A DNA stretch of 64,000 nt from Gammaproteobacteria bacterium (GTDB taxonomy: Bacteria; Pseudomonadota; Gammaproteobacteria; Pseudomonadales; Porticoccaceae), in NCBI GenBank assembly GCA_016708925.1, contig JADJET010000003.1:82465-146464 (forward strand), given 5' to 3'. Positions within the stretch are counted from its first letter, which is position 1. The number at the start of each line of letters is the position of its first letter. Under the pieces are notes generated by a model that was not told the origin of the DNA, made no database searches, and saw nothing but the letters and a program-made list of their open reading frames with translations. The position numbers and the translations under genes were made by a program. Below, one piece after another: positions 29,067 to 39,435 of the stretch.

Positions 29067-29798
29067 CTAGGGCGCCGCCGACAAATCAGCGTTGGTGTAG
29101 ACATTCTGAACATCGTCCAGATCTTCGAGCTGGTCGATCAAGGCGATGACCGCCACGGCGCTTTCCGCGTCCGGCGCCACGGTAGTGAGGGGGATCATGG
29201 CGACCTCCGCATGTTCCGGCGCCAATCCCGCGGCCGTCATCGCCGCTTTCACCGCCGCAAAATCGTGCCAGCCACTCAGCACATCGACGGAGCCGTCCTC
29301 GTTGCTCACCACATCCTCGGCACCGGCTTCGAGCGCCACCTCGATAACCCTGTCCTCATCACAACCCGGCGGATAAGTAAGCTGGCCCCGGCGGTTGAAC
29401 AAATAGGCGACCGAGCCGTCGGTACCCAGGTTGCCGCCGCGCTTGCTGAACGCGTGCCGGACATCGGCCACGGTACGGTTGCGGTTGTCGGTGAGACACT
29501 CCACCAGCAGCGCGACGCCGCCCGCGCCATAGCCTTCATAGGTAACTTCTTCATAGTTTTCCGCGTCGCCGGCGCCCGCACCGCGCTGGATCGCCTTGTC
29601 GATGGTGTCCCTTTTCATGTTCACCGACAGCGCCTTGTCGATCGCGGTCCGCAAGCGCGGATTGTCGTCCGGCGTGCCGCCGCCGGTACGCGCCGCCGTC
29701 ACCAGTTCGCGAATCAGTTTGGTGAACAGCTTGCCGCGCTGGGCATCCTGGGCCGCCTTGCGATGCTTGATGTTTGCCCACTTGCTGTGGCCGGCCAT
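29067..29798 (-). CDS. YebC/PmpR family DNA-binding transcriptional regulator
   Basis: 243 aa from [23 protein letters not shown] (ATG 29796-29798), the canonical YebC N-terminus. The track ORF is over-extended to 29930. Confidence 0.9.
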   Translation of the reverse strand: MAGHSKWANIKHRKAAQDAQRGKLFTKLIRELVTAARTGGGTPDDNPRLRTAIDKALSVNMKRDTIDKAIQRGAGAGDAENYEEVTYEGYGAGGVALLVECLTDNRNRTVADVRHAFSKRGGNLGTDGSVAYLFNRRGQLTYPPGCDEDRVIEVALEAGAEDVVSNEDGSVDVLSGWHDFAAVKAAMTAAGLAPEHAEVAMIPLTTVAPDAESAVAVIALIDQLEDLDDVQNVYTNADLSAAP

Positions 29799-29817
29799 GA
29801 AAAGAGTCTCCGGAAAA

Positions 29818-31619
29818 CTACTGCGGACGCAGGGCGATATGCAGATCCCGCAGCGCCTCGCCACCCACCGCACCCGGCGCGTCGGTGAGCAGGCACTGCG
29901 CCGACTGGGTCTTGGGAAAGGCGATGACATCGCGGATCGAGCCAGCGCCCAGCATCAGCATCACCAGTCGATCCAGACCGAACGCGATGCCGGCATGGGG
30001 CGGGCAGCCGTATTTGAGGGCATCCAGCAGAAAACCAAACTTCTCGCGCTGCTGGGCGGCGTCGATACCCAGGATGTCGAAGACGGCGGCCTGCAGCTCG
30101 GGACGGTGAATCCGCGCGGAACCGCCGCCCAGTTCGGTGCCGTTCAACACCATGTCGTAGGCGCGTGACAGCGCCGCGCCGGGATCGGCACGCAAGGCGT
30201 CGGGATCGCAGGAAGGCGCGGTAAACGGGTGATGAAGCGGAGTCCAGCCGCCGCGCCATCCCGTTCGAACATGGGAAAATCCACTACCCAGAGCGGTGCC
30301 CAGGCCCTGGTATACAAATTCAGATCCAGGCCCAGCTTGCAGCGCAGCGCCCCCAAGGATTCCGCCACCACTGTGGCCTTGTCGGCGCCGAAAAAGATCA
30401 GATCGCCGTTTTCCGCGCCGACGCGGTCGAGAATCGCGCGCCGCACGTCAATCGGCAGGAATTTCACGATGGGCGATTGCAGTCCCTCTTCCAGGTCGGC
30501 GCAATTGTTGACCTTGATGTAAGCCAGCCCGCGGGCGCCGTAACGCGCGACGAACGCCGTGTAATCGTCGATCTGCTTGCGGCTGAGCGTATTGCCGCCC
30601 GGCAGGCGCAGCGCGGTCACCCGTCCCGCCGGATCGGCGGCGGCCACGGCAAACACCTTTAATTCGACACCCGCCATCAGGTCCTTGATATCGACCAGTT
30701 CCAGCGGAATGCGCAGATCGGGCTTGTCGCTGCCAAAGCGCGCCATAGCGTCGGCGTAGGTCATGCGGGGAAATTCGCCGAGCTCGACGTCGAGCACTTC
30801 GGCAAACAGTCCCCGCACCATGGTCTCGACGAGCGCCATGAGATCGCCCTCGGCCAGGAAGGAGGTCTCGATGTCGATCTGGGTGAATTCAGGCTGACGG
30901 TCGGCGCGCAGATCCTCGTCGCGGAAACAGCGCGCGACCTGATAGTAGCGATCGAATCCGCTCACCATCAGCATTTGCTTGAACAACTGCGGCGATTGCG
31001 GCAGCGCAAAAAAGCGCCCCGGATGTGTGCGGCTGGGCACCAGATAATCGCGCGCACCCTCGGGCGTCGCCCGGGTCAGGATCGGCGTCTCGATGTCGAG
31101 AAAACCCTCGCGGTCGAGGAAGCGCCGCAACGCGCCGGTGACCCGGGCCCGCAGGCGCAGATTGCGCTGCATCTCGGGTCGGCGCAGATCCAGATAGCGA
31201 TGGTGCAGACGCACCTCTTCGCCCACCCGCGTGTGCTCGTCGAGCTGAAACGGTGGCGTCTCGGCGCTGTTGAGAATGTCGAGTGCGAGACCATAGACCT
31301 CGACCCGGCCCGTCGCCATGTCGGGATTCACGGTCTCGGGTGTCCGCGCCCGCACGCGCCCGGTCACGCGCAACACATATTCCCCGCGGACGCGATCCGC
31401 GGTATCGAAATGCACACCGCAGTCAGGGTCGAACACAACCTGGACGATACCGTCCCGATCGCGCAGATCGATGAAGATCACCCCACCGTGATCGCGGCGG
31501 CGATCCACCCAACCGCACAGCACCACTTCGCTGCCCGCCACGCTTTCACCGACCGCGCCGCAGTAGATCGAGCGTCCGATCTCCGCGTAGCCTGAGGTCA
31601 ACCGCCGATCATCGCTCAT
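29818..31619 (-). pseudogene. aspS: aspartate--tRNA ligase, interrupted by a -1 frameshift as assembled
   Basis: The N-terminal 460+ aa (ORF 30144-31619) end at ...[14 protein letters not shown]. The rest ([47 protein letters not shown]...) continues in another frame and joins ORF 29818-30195. The frames switch within gccgccgcgcc at 30247-30256. Confidence 0.9.
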
Positions 31620-31936
31620 GGGGTTGCTGCCGCAGGAGCAGTCGTTTTGGGGGCTGCGGCGCCGCTGTCGCCCGCAGGTTTGGCGCTGCCGGCACTATCC
31701 TCCTTTGCCGCCGGCTTGGTGTCGGCATCCGCCGTCAGATTGCGCTTTTTGTCGCCGGTCTTGAAATCGGTTTCATACCAGCCGCTGCCGCTCAACCGGA
31801 ACGCACTGGCAGTCAGCTTCTTTTTGAGGCTGGCATGACTGCACGCCGGACAGTCCACGAGCAGCGGGTCGGCGACCTTCTGGATCGCTTCGAGCTCGTG
31901 CCCACAGTCCTGGCAAACATATTCGTAGATCGGCAT
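31616..31936 (-). CDS. FmdB family zinc ribbon protein
   Basis: 106 aa. [16 protein letters not shown]...CPAC CxxC-CxxC ribbon. 4-nt overlap with the aspS start. Confidence 0.75.
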   Translation of the reverse strand: MPIYEYVCQDCGHELEAIQKVADPLLVDCPACSHASLKKKLTASAFRLSGSGWYETDFKTGDKKRNLTADADTKPAAKEDSAGSAKPAGDSGAAAPKTTAPAAATP

Positions 31937-32291
31937 AGGAAGATCACCTCCAGAAAATTGCTGTCATTCCGTGCGGCGGCAGTGCCGGGGACAAGACGAC
32001 AAAATGGGGCGCATTATACTCCGTGCCCCCAGCCCCCGGAACCGGCGCGAGAACGCGCCAGAGTGCACCGAAAAGCGCACAAATACCGGGCGTGGCCGCA
32101 TCGCGGCGATGGAATTTGGTGATTTTTCGGGAAAAAACCAGCTTTGGCCGCAAAACTGCTTGCGAGCCTATTTTCAATGCTTTATATAGTTTCGCGGGCG
32201 CCTTGCATCCGCCGGATTGCCGGCTTTACCGGCGCGGAACCCGTCCAGATATTCAACTTCGATCAACAATTGGATCAACAAGGGATTATTT

Positions 32292-32732
32292 ATGGCTGCC
32301 ACAAAAACCGCCCCAAAGGCCCCGGCCAAAAAAGCCACCACGGCAAAACCCGCCGCGAAGGCAAAGCCGGCCGCCAAGGCTCCGGCAAAACCCGTTGCCG
32401 CACCACCCCGCAAGACCGCCGTCATCACCGAAAAACTCACCAAAGCGCAGATTCTCGCCGAGATGGCCACGAACACCGGCCTCAGCAAGAAGCAGGTCTC
32501 CGACGTACTGGGCGAACTCGGCTCCCTGATCGAGCGCCACATCAAGAAGCGCGGCGTGGGCGAATTCACCCTGCCCGGTCTGCTCAAGATCAAAACCGTG
32601 AAGAAGCCGGCGCGCAAGGCCCGCAAGGGCATCAATCCGTTCACCGGCAAGGAGGCAATGTTCCAGGCCCGCCCTGCCAGCACCGCCGTGAAAGTACTCG
32701 CGCTCAAAGCCTTGAAAGACATGACCAACTAG
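32292..32732 (+). CDS. HU family DNA-binding protein with N-terminal Ala/Lys/Pro-rich histone-H1-like tail
   Basis: 146 aa from MAATKTAPKAPAKKATTAKPAAKAKPAAKAPAKP (ATG 32292). The C-terminal 95 aa show the HU/IHF fold pattern (LSKKQVSDVL...F.LPGLLKIKTVKKPARKARKGINPFTGKE). Confidence 0.8.
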   Translation: MAATKTAPKAPAKKATTAKPAAKAKPAAKAPAKPVAAPPRKTAVITEKLTKAQILAEMATNTGLSKKQVSDVLGELGSLIERHIKKRGVGEFTLPGLLKIKTVKKPARKARKGINPFTGKEAMFQARPASTAVKVLALKALKDMTN

Positions 32733-32750
32733 GTCGAACGGCAGCTTTAC

Positions 32751-32778
32751 CCAGCCCCGGTTCGCCGGGGCTGGTTCC
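32751..32778 (+). terminator. rho-independent terminator after the HU-like gene
   Basis: Perfect 10-bp GC-rich stem CCAGCCCCGG / CCGGGGCTGG with a ttcg loop, followed by only a short TT tract. Confidence 0.55.
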
Positions 32779-32958
32779 AGATCAGTACGCAGCACTGCTC
32801 CCGCACTGCTTCAGCTCTTGGACTGCTACATTTCCGGCACAAAAATTCGCCGCACCAATCTGCATCTGCGCTACAGCTGCCACCGCCGTACCTACCGCCG
32901 CGGAGTCAGCCTGTTAGAATGAGCGCCCCTTCGCAACACCCCCGACCGGACCTATTCG

Positions 32959-34668
32959 ATGCGCGCCAGCCGTTTGCTCATGCCCACGCTCAAGGAAACG
33001 CCAGCGGAAGCGGAGATCATCAGCCATCAGCTGATGCTGCGCGCCGGCATGATCCGCAAACTCGCCGCCGGACTGTACAGCTGGCTGCCGCTGGGTCTGC
33101 GCGTCTTGCGCAAAGTGGAAGCCATCGTGCGCGAAGAGATGAACGCGGCCGGCGCGCAGGAAGTCCTGATGCCGGTGGTGCAGCCGGCCGACCTGTGGCA
33201 GGAATCGGGGCGCTGGGAACGGTACGGCCCCGAGTTGCTGCGTATCGAAGACCGGCACCAGCGCCCGTTCTGCCTCGGTCCCACCCACGAGGAAATCATC
33301 ACCGACCTGATGCGCAACGAGATTCGCAGCTATCGCGATCTGCCCGCCAACTTTTATCAGATCCAGACCAAGTTCCGCGACGAAATCCGCCCTCGCTTCG
33401 GCGTGATGCGGGCGCGTGAATTCATCATGAAGGACGCCTATTCGTTCCACGTCGATCAGGCCAGTCTCGCCGAAACCTATCAGCGCATGTACACGGCTTA
33501 CACCAACGTCTTCACGCGCCTGGGCGTCGAATTTCGCGCGGTACTCGCCGACACCGGCAGCATCGGCGGCAGTCACTCCCATGAATTTCACGTTCTCGCC
33601 GATGCCGGGGAGGATGCCATCGCGATTTCGGATACGAGCGATTACGCCGCCAATGTTGAATTAGCGCCGGCACTGCCGCCAGCACTGGCCCGACCCGGGC
33701 CGACCCAGCCACTTGAGGAAATCGCGACTCCGGGCCAGCACAGCATCGAGGCAGTGAGTGCTTTCCTGAAGCGCTCGCCGGCCCAGGTCCTGAAAACCTT
33801 GATCGTCAAGGGCAGCGCGCCCGGGCGTTTGGTCGCACTGGTGCTGCGCGGCGACCACCAACTCAACGCCATCAAGGCCGAGAAACTGCCCCAGGTCGAG
33901 AGCCCGCTGTGCCTGGCGACCGACGCCGAAATTCGCGCCGCAACCGGTTGCGGTCCCGGCTCCCTGGGACCGATAACGCTGCCGCTCGAACTGATTGCCG
34001 ATCACGCCGCCCTGGCCTGTGCGGATTTCGTGTGCGGCGCCAACCGGGATGGCCACCATCTGACGGGCGCGAACTGGGAGCGGGATTGTCCCACGCCCAT
34101 GGCAGCCGACATCCGCGACGTGGTGGCCGGCGATCCCAGTCCGGACGGGGCTGGAAAACTCGTCATCCGGCGCGGCATCGAAGTCGGGCATATTTTTCAG
34201 TTGGGCACCAAGTACAGCCAGGCGATGAATGCCCGCATAACCGACGAAGGCGGTCGCGAGCAGGTCATGGTGATGGGCTGCTACGGCATCGGTATCAGCC
34301 GTGCCGTGGCCGCCGCCATCGAACAGCATCACGACGCCCGCGGCATCGTCTGGCCGCCGGGCATGGCGCCTTTCGGGGTGGCCATCGTGCCCGTCAACGC
34401 GCACCAGTCCGATCTGGTGCGTGACACCGGCGAGGCGCTGTACGACGAGCTCGTTGCGGCAGGCCACGAGGTTCTGCTGATGGACCGTCCCAAAGCACGC
34501 TTGGGCGCGATGCTCGCCGATGTCGAACTCATCGGCATACCCACAGTCCTGGTGGTCGGCGAACGCGGGCTGGCGGAAGGCAACGTGGAATGCCGCAACC
34601 GTCGCGACGGCACCCAGACCGAGCTCAAAATCGACACGGTCGTGACTTGGCTGGCCACGCAATCCTGA
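32959..34668 (+). CDS. proS: proline--tRNA ligase
   Basis: 569 aa. [35 protein letters not shown]-terminus and class II motifs. Confidence 0.95.
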   Translation: MRASRLLMPTLKETPAEAEIISHQLMLRAGMIRKLAAGLYSWLPLGLRVLRKVEAIVREEMNAAGAQEVLMPVVQPADLWQESGRWERYGPELLRIEDRHQRPFCLGPTHEEIITDLMRNEIRSYRDLPANFYQIQTKFRDEIRPRFGVMRAREFIMKDAYSFHVDQASLAETYQRMYTAYTNVFTRLGVEFRAVLADTGSIGGSHSHEFHVLADAGEDAIAISDTSDYAANVELAPALPPALARPGPTQPLEEIATPGQHSIEAVSAFLKRSPAQVLKTLIVKGSAPGRLVALVLRGDHQLNAIKAEKLPQVESPLCLATDAEIRAATGCGPGSLGPITLPLELIADHAALACADFVCGANRDGHHLTGANWERDCPTPMAADIRDVVAGDPSPDGAGKLVIRRGIEVGHIFQLGTKYSQAMNARITDEGGREQVMVMGCYGIGISRAVAAAIEQHHDARGIVWPPGMAPFGVAIVPVNAHQSDLVRDTGEALYDELVAAGHEVLLMDRPKARLGAMLADVELIGIPTVLVVGERGLAEGNVECRNRRDGTQTELKIDTVVTWLATQS

Positions 34669-34692
34669 CTGTTTTCTTAAGTTTTCTATAAT
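34665..34692 (+). promoter_or_regulatory. candidate sigma70 promoter for the plus-strand lipid operon
   Basis: -35 CTGACT (34665-34670), 16-nt AT-rich spacer, perfect -10 TATAAT (34687-34692). Followed by a leader of about 310 nt up to GGAGG (34998-35002) and TTG 35011. Confidence 0.35.
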
Positions 34693-35010
34693 GTCCATCG
34701 ACTATGGTTGGTCCACGCCATGTGACTTGGGCCTTGGACCACACCACAAATGTCGGACAGCTGGCAGATCGGCTTTGACAAAGGAGAGACCCTCTGGCGT
34801 CGCGCATTGCGCGGTGTTCAGCCCGCCAAATGGTTGAGTAACAAGTGGCTGAAGCTGTCCGCCACCGCACGGTCACGCCGCATTCACAGCCTGGATTCAG
34901 GCCTACGCAACCTGGAGTTGCCCGCCCGTGATCGGATGTTGGCAGCGCGGGCCGTCATGACGGACGCCGCTGCACTCCGACTCTCGATACGTTAATCCGG
35001 AGGATTTCGC

Positions 35011-36764
35011 TTGCGCCTGGAACCGACGCCCACGCTCCACAGCCTCGCCTTTCGCGCCGCCGATTTCGCCACCCTGGCCGAAGCCCTGGACTACGCCGCC
35101 CTGGGCGCGACCGGGGCCAATTTCTATTCCGGCCAAGGCACGCTTCAGACACGGCTTTCATACCGTTCACTGCGCGCCGATGCCGTGGCGCTGGCCCGCA
35201 AGCTCCTCGCCCTGGGCCTGTCCCAAGGCGACCGCGTGGCGCTGGTTGCCGAAACCGATCCGCATTTCCTGCGTTTTTCTATGCCTGTCAGTACGCCGGA
35301 CTGGTTCCCGTCCCGCTGCCCGCCTCGGTCAAGCTCGGCGCGCATACGTCCTATGTCGCCCAGTTGCAACGCCTACTCGCGGGCAGCCACGCGAGCATCG
35401 CCGTGGCCTCCGAGGGCTATCTGCCGTTTCTGGAAGAAGCCAGCGCCGGTCTCGGCCTGCGCATGGTCGCGGATCCGGAGCGTTTTTATCGACTCCCGGC
35501 CGCTGAGCAGCAAGCGCTGCCCGCGCAGGATCCGGACAGCATTGCCTATATCCAGTACACCTCCGGCAGCACCCGCTTTCCACGGGGGGTAGTGATCCGG
35601 CAACACACGGCGATGGCCAATCTGGCTGGCATCATTCAGCACGGCGTCAAACTGATACCGGGGGACCGCTGCTTCTCGTGGCTGCCGTTCTATCACGACA
35701 TGGGGCTGGTGGGTTTCGTGCTGGTGCCCGTCGCCGCGCAGATCTCCGTCGACTACCTGGATACGCGCGACTTCGCCATGCGGCCACGGCAGTGGCTCAA
35801 TCTGATGACGCAAACCCGGGCGACCGTGTCCTTTGGGCCGCCCTTCGGCTACGACCTGTGCGCACGCCGGCTCGGCCCCGGCGAAGCGGAAAAGTACGAC
35901 TTGCGCCACTGGCGCGTGGCGGGCGTCGGCGCCGAGATGATCCGTCCCGAAACCCTGGATTATTTTGCGAAAACGTTGGCGCCGGCGGGATTCGACGCGC
36001 GCGCATTTCTGGCCTGCTACGGCATGGCCGAGTGCACACTCGGGATCAGCTTTTCACCGCTCGACTCGGGCCACAACACCGCGCTGGTGGACACCGACGA
36101 ACTCTACGAAAACAACCGCGTGGTGCTGCTCGACCCGGACAGCGCGACTGACGGCAGGGGACGGCGCTTCGTCGGCTGCGGGATTCCGCTGCCCGGCTAC
36201 GAAGTCGAGATCCGTAACGAGGATGGTGACGTACTGGGCGACCTCGAAAGCGGTGTCATCCATCTGCGCGGGCCCAGCGTCATGTCGGGCTACTTCGAAA
36301 TGCCCGAAGAAACCCGCGCCGTTCTGGACGAATGCGGCTGGTTGAACACCGGCGATATCGGTTATCTGGTCAACGGCGCCCTGACCATTACCGGCCGTCA
36401 GAAGGACCTCATCATCATTCGCGGCCGCAACATCTGGCCGCAGGATATCGAGCAACTGGCCGAAACCCAGCCTGAAGTCCGGCTCGATGGTGCGGTAGCG
36501 TTTGCCGCACCCGGAGCCGATGGCGACGAATGCGTGTTGATGGTGGAGTGTCGGGAAACCAAACCCGAGCGCCGCGCCGACCTCATCGCCCGACTCACGC
36601 GCCTGCTCCGGCAGGAACTAGCGCTTGAATGTCATATCGAGCTGGTGCCCAGAAGTTATCTGCCACGCACCTCGTCCGGCAAGTTGTCGCGCGCGCGGGC
36701 GCGCCTGATGTTCATCAACGAGTTGGCGATCGCGCCGGCTCTGGCCACGGCGGCATCGGCCTGA
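35011..36764 (+). pseudogene. fatty acyl-AMP ligase (FAAL-type AMP-dependent synthetase), -1 frameshift as assembled
   Basis: ORF 35011-35592 is homologous only up to ...VALVAETDPHFLRF. The sequence FYACQYAGLVPVPLPASVKLGAHTSYVAQLQRLLAGSH continues in the frame of ORF 35364-36764 (YIQYTSGSTRFPRGV, WLPFYHDMGL, SSGKLSR). The switch is at the T5 run 35274-35278. TTG start with GGAGG RBS. Confidence 0.8.
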
Positions 36765-37707
36765 GCGAACCCGCGGCGCCGCTCATTGCCATCACCGGCG
36801 CGACCGGCTTCATCGGCCGCAACCTCTGTTCCCGCCTGCGGGTGTCGGGGTTTCGGGTGCGCGCACTGGTGCGCTCCCCCGGCCAGGTGCCGTGGCTGGC
36901 GCGTGCCGGCATCGATATCCTTCCGGGTGATCTCGCCGCGCCGCCTGCGCTGCGGCAGTTGCTCGCCGGTAGTGCGGCCGTGATCCACTGCGCGGGCACT
37001 GTGCGCGGCCGCACCCCGGCCGATTTCGCGTCCGCCAATGTGCTGGGCTGCCAGCATCTGGTACAGGCCATCAAGGATTCGGACACTCCACCACGACTGT
37101 TGGCACTGTCGTCGCTGGCGGCGCGGGAACCACAGCTGTCGCACTACGCTGCCAGCAAATTTGCCGGCGAGCAGGTGGTGTCGGCGAGCGGCGATGCGGT
37201 CGCCTGGACCATCCTGCGGCCACCGGCCGTGTACCCGGCGACCGCGAACTGCTGCCGCTGTTTCGGCTGATGGCGCGCGGTATCGCGCCGCTGCCCGGCG
37301 GTCTCACGGACCGCGTCTCGATGCTCTACATCGACGATCTGGCAAGCGCCGTCATGTGCTGGCTGGCTACGGACTCGCCGCCACGACGGATTTTTACCCT
37401 CAGCGATCCCGCGGACGCGGGCTACAGTTGGGCGGATATCGTGCGCATCGCGGGCGTCGTGTGCGGGCGCCAGGTGCGACCCCTCCGGGTACCGTCCGTG
37501 GTGCTCGACGGGATCGCCGGAGTAAACTGGGCTGCCGCCGCGCTGTTGCGTTACGCGCCCATGCTGACGCCCAGCAAAGTACGGGAATTGCGCCATGCCG
37601 ACTGGACCTGCGACTGGCGCGAGCTGGGCGCCGCGCTTGACTGGCAACCGCGGGTCGATCTGGCCACCGGAATGCGCAACACTCTGCATGATGACGCTGG
37701 GCGTTAA
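36761..37707 (+). pseudogene. NAD-dependent epimerase/dehydratase-family SDR (possible reductase), -1 frameshift as assembled; start codon uncertain
   Basis: Rossmann motif ITGATGFIGRNL and catalytic YAASK. The first part (to ...ILRPPAVY) is in the frame of ORF 36629-37270, and the remainder (GDRELLPLFRLMARGIAPLPGG...) is in the frame of ORF 37270-37707. The switch is at 37234-37240 (tacccggcg). No ATG/GTG/TTG lies near the motif; the only candidate is a CTG overlapping the FAAL stop (CTGA). Confidence 0.65.
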
Positions 37708-37741
37708 CCAACAAACCACCCCTCCACGAGATGAGTGACGG

Positions 37742-38344
37742 ATGTCGTCGAAAAATCCCACTTCGATCCGCCTGTTCCGCAGCGACCTGCTGGAAGCCCT
37801 TACCCATGTGCATCCGCTCGTGCCGCTGCTGGTATGGACGCCCGTAATCAGCTGGTTGTTGTGGCGCGCGGTGACGATCCACGGGCTGTCGATCACCGAC
37901 CTGATTCCCGTGGCTGCGGCGGCGTTGCTGGTCTGGACTCTCACCGAATACGGCCTGCACCGCTTCGTGTTTCATTTCCCCGCCAAATCCCGGCTCGGCA
38001 AATGGCTGGTGTTTCTGTTTCACGGCGTCCATCACGAGTCCCCCCAGGACAAAACCCGGCTGGTGATGCCGCCGGCCGGTGCGATCCTGATCATGGCGAT
38101 GATCTGGCCGCTGTTCCAGTTGCTGATACCCGCTCCCTGGGCCGAGCCGTTCTGCGCGTTTTTCCTCATCGGCTATCTGGTGTACGACTACATTCATTAC
38201 GCCACCCATCATTTTCCGATGCGCCTTGAGCTGTTCCAGCAGATCAAGCGCCACCACATGAAACACCATTATTCCGGTCAGACCGGCCGCTACGGCGTCA
38301 GCTCGCCGCTCTGGGACATCGTGTTTCGCACCACCGGCCGTTAA
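37742..38344 (+). CDS. fatty acid hydroxylase superfamily protein, FA2H/Scs7-like (no cytochrome b5 domain)
   Basis: 200 aa membrane protein with four His boxes in FA2H-like order and context: HRFVFH, HGVHHESPQDKTRLVMPP, YDYIHYATHH, HHMKHHY...GVSSPLWDIVF. Confidence 0.75.
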   Translation: MSSKNPTSIRLFRSDLLEALTHVHPLVPLLVWTPVISWLLWRAVTIHGLSITDLIPVAAAALLVWTLTEYGLHRFVFHFPAKSRLGKWLVFLFHGVHHESPQDKTRLVMPPAGAILIMAMIWPLFQLLIPAPWAEPFCAFFLIGYLVYDYIHYATHHFPMRLELFQQIKRHHMKHHYSGQTGRYGVSSPLWDIVFRTTGR

Positions 38345-38382
38345 GCCGCCACTCATTGCCACGCCCCGGAACCCGCCTCGCC

Positions 38383-39333
38383 ATGCCCGAGTACTACCTG
38401 ATCCCCAAGCGCCTGATCAAACGCTGGCCGTCCCTGCGCCGGGCCGCGTGGGCGATGGAGGGCTACTTTTTCAAGGCGTTGATCGGCGGCGCTCGCCTGC
38501 TGCCCCCGGAACGCGCCGGGAAACTGCTGTCCTGGCTGTTCGGATTGGTCGGGCCCCACACCGCCAAGGCCGCCAAGGCCGACGCCAACCTGCGCTTTGT
38601 GCTGCCGCGACAAAGCGCGCGCGAACGCCGCGCCATGGTGAAGCAAATCTTTCGCAATCTCGGCCTGGCCACCGCCGAGCTGCTGTCCGCCAACCGCATC
38701 CTCGCCGAACGCGAGCGGCGCTTTGAATTTATCGCCGACCCCGTCACCACCGCGCTGCTGGCCGCGCACCAACCCATTCTCTTTGTCACCGCCCATATCG
38801 GCGCCTGGAATCTGGGTAACGCCATGGTTTCCCACTACGGATTTGAGGCCAGTTATCTTTACGCGAAGGAACCCAATCCCTACCTGCACGAACTGTTTTA
38901 CGGCATGCGCAAGATCCCGGGCATTCATCTTTACCCCAATACCGGAGGTCTGCTGCGCCTGCATCGGGAGCTGGCTGCCGGACGCAGCGTGGGACTGGTG
39001 GTGGACACCCGCCTGGATGAAGGCGAACTCATCCCCCTGTTCGGCGTTCCCGCGCCCACCAACACCCTCGCCGCCCGCCTCGCCCTGCGCACCCGGGTGC
39101 CGCTGATTCCGGTGCGGACCGAACGCTTGCCGAATCATCGCTATCGCATCACCGCCGGCCCGCCGATCAAGGTGCCTGAAGATATCCAGGAGGAGCTGCC
39201 GCGCGCGATCGCCATGACCGCCGAGATCAGCCGGCGCTTCGAAGCGTGGATCCGCACCGATCCCGCGCAGTGGGTCTGCCTCAAACGGCGCTGGCCCAAG
39301 GACGCAGCACCCGCGCTGGAGGCAAACCCCTAA
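38383..39333 (+). CDS. LpxL/HtrB/PatA-family lysophospholipid (lipid A-type) acyltransferase
   Basis: About 316 aa (an alternative TTG lies at 38356). Family layout: N-terminal anchor, catalytic HIGAWNL (HX4-type) block, VGLVVDTRLDEGELIPLFG and C-terminal PAQWVCLKRRW, as in Lip_A_acyltrans proteins. Confidence 0.75.
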   Translation: MPEYYLIPKRLIKRWPSLRRAAWAMEGYFFKALIGGARLLPPERAGKLLSWLFGLVGPHTAKAAKADANLRFVLPRQSARERRAMVKQIFRNLGLATAELLSANRILAERERRFEFIADPVTTALLAAHQPILFVTAHIGAWNLGNAMVSHYGFEASYLYAKEPNPYLHELFYGMRKIPGIHLYPNTGGLLRLHRELAAGRSVGLVVDTRLDEGELIPLFGVPAPTNTLAARLALRTRVPLIPVRTERLPNHRYRITAGPPIKVPEDIQEELPRAIAMTAEISRRFEAWIRTDPAQWVCLKRRWPKDAAPALEANP

Positions 39334-39435
39334 ACGGCCAGGGCCGAGCGCGAAACCGCCACCGTGCCAATGCTAAACTCGCACCCTCGACCACGCGCGT
39401 CCTGTGCATCACGCCATTCCGACCGGTTCCATTCC

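Noticed and set aside
34750-34995. An 81-aa ORF in the FAAL leader containing ...SLDSGLRNLEL..., considered as the missing acyl carrier protein.
   Set aside because: The protein is strongly basic (many R/K), has DSG rather than DSL, has a Pro in the would-be helix II, lacks the ACP four-helix hydrophobic pattern, and has no SD sequence. The other two frames are closed.
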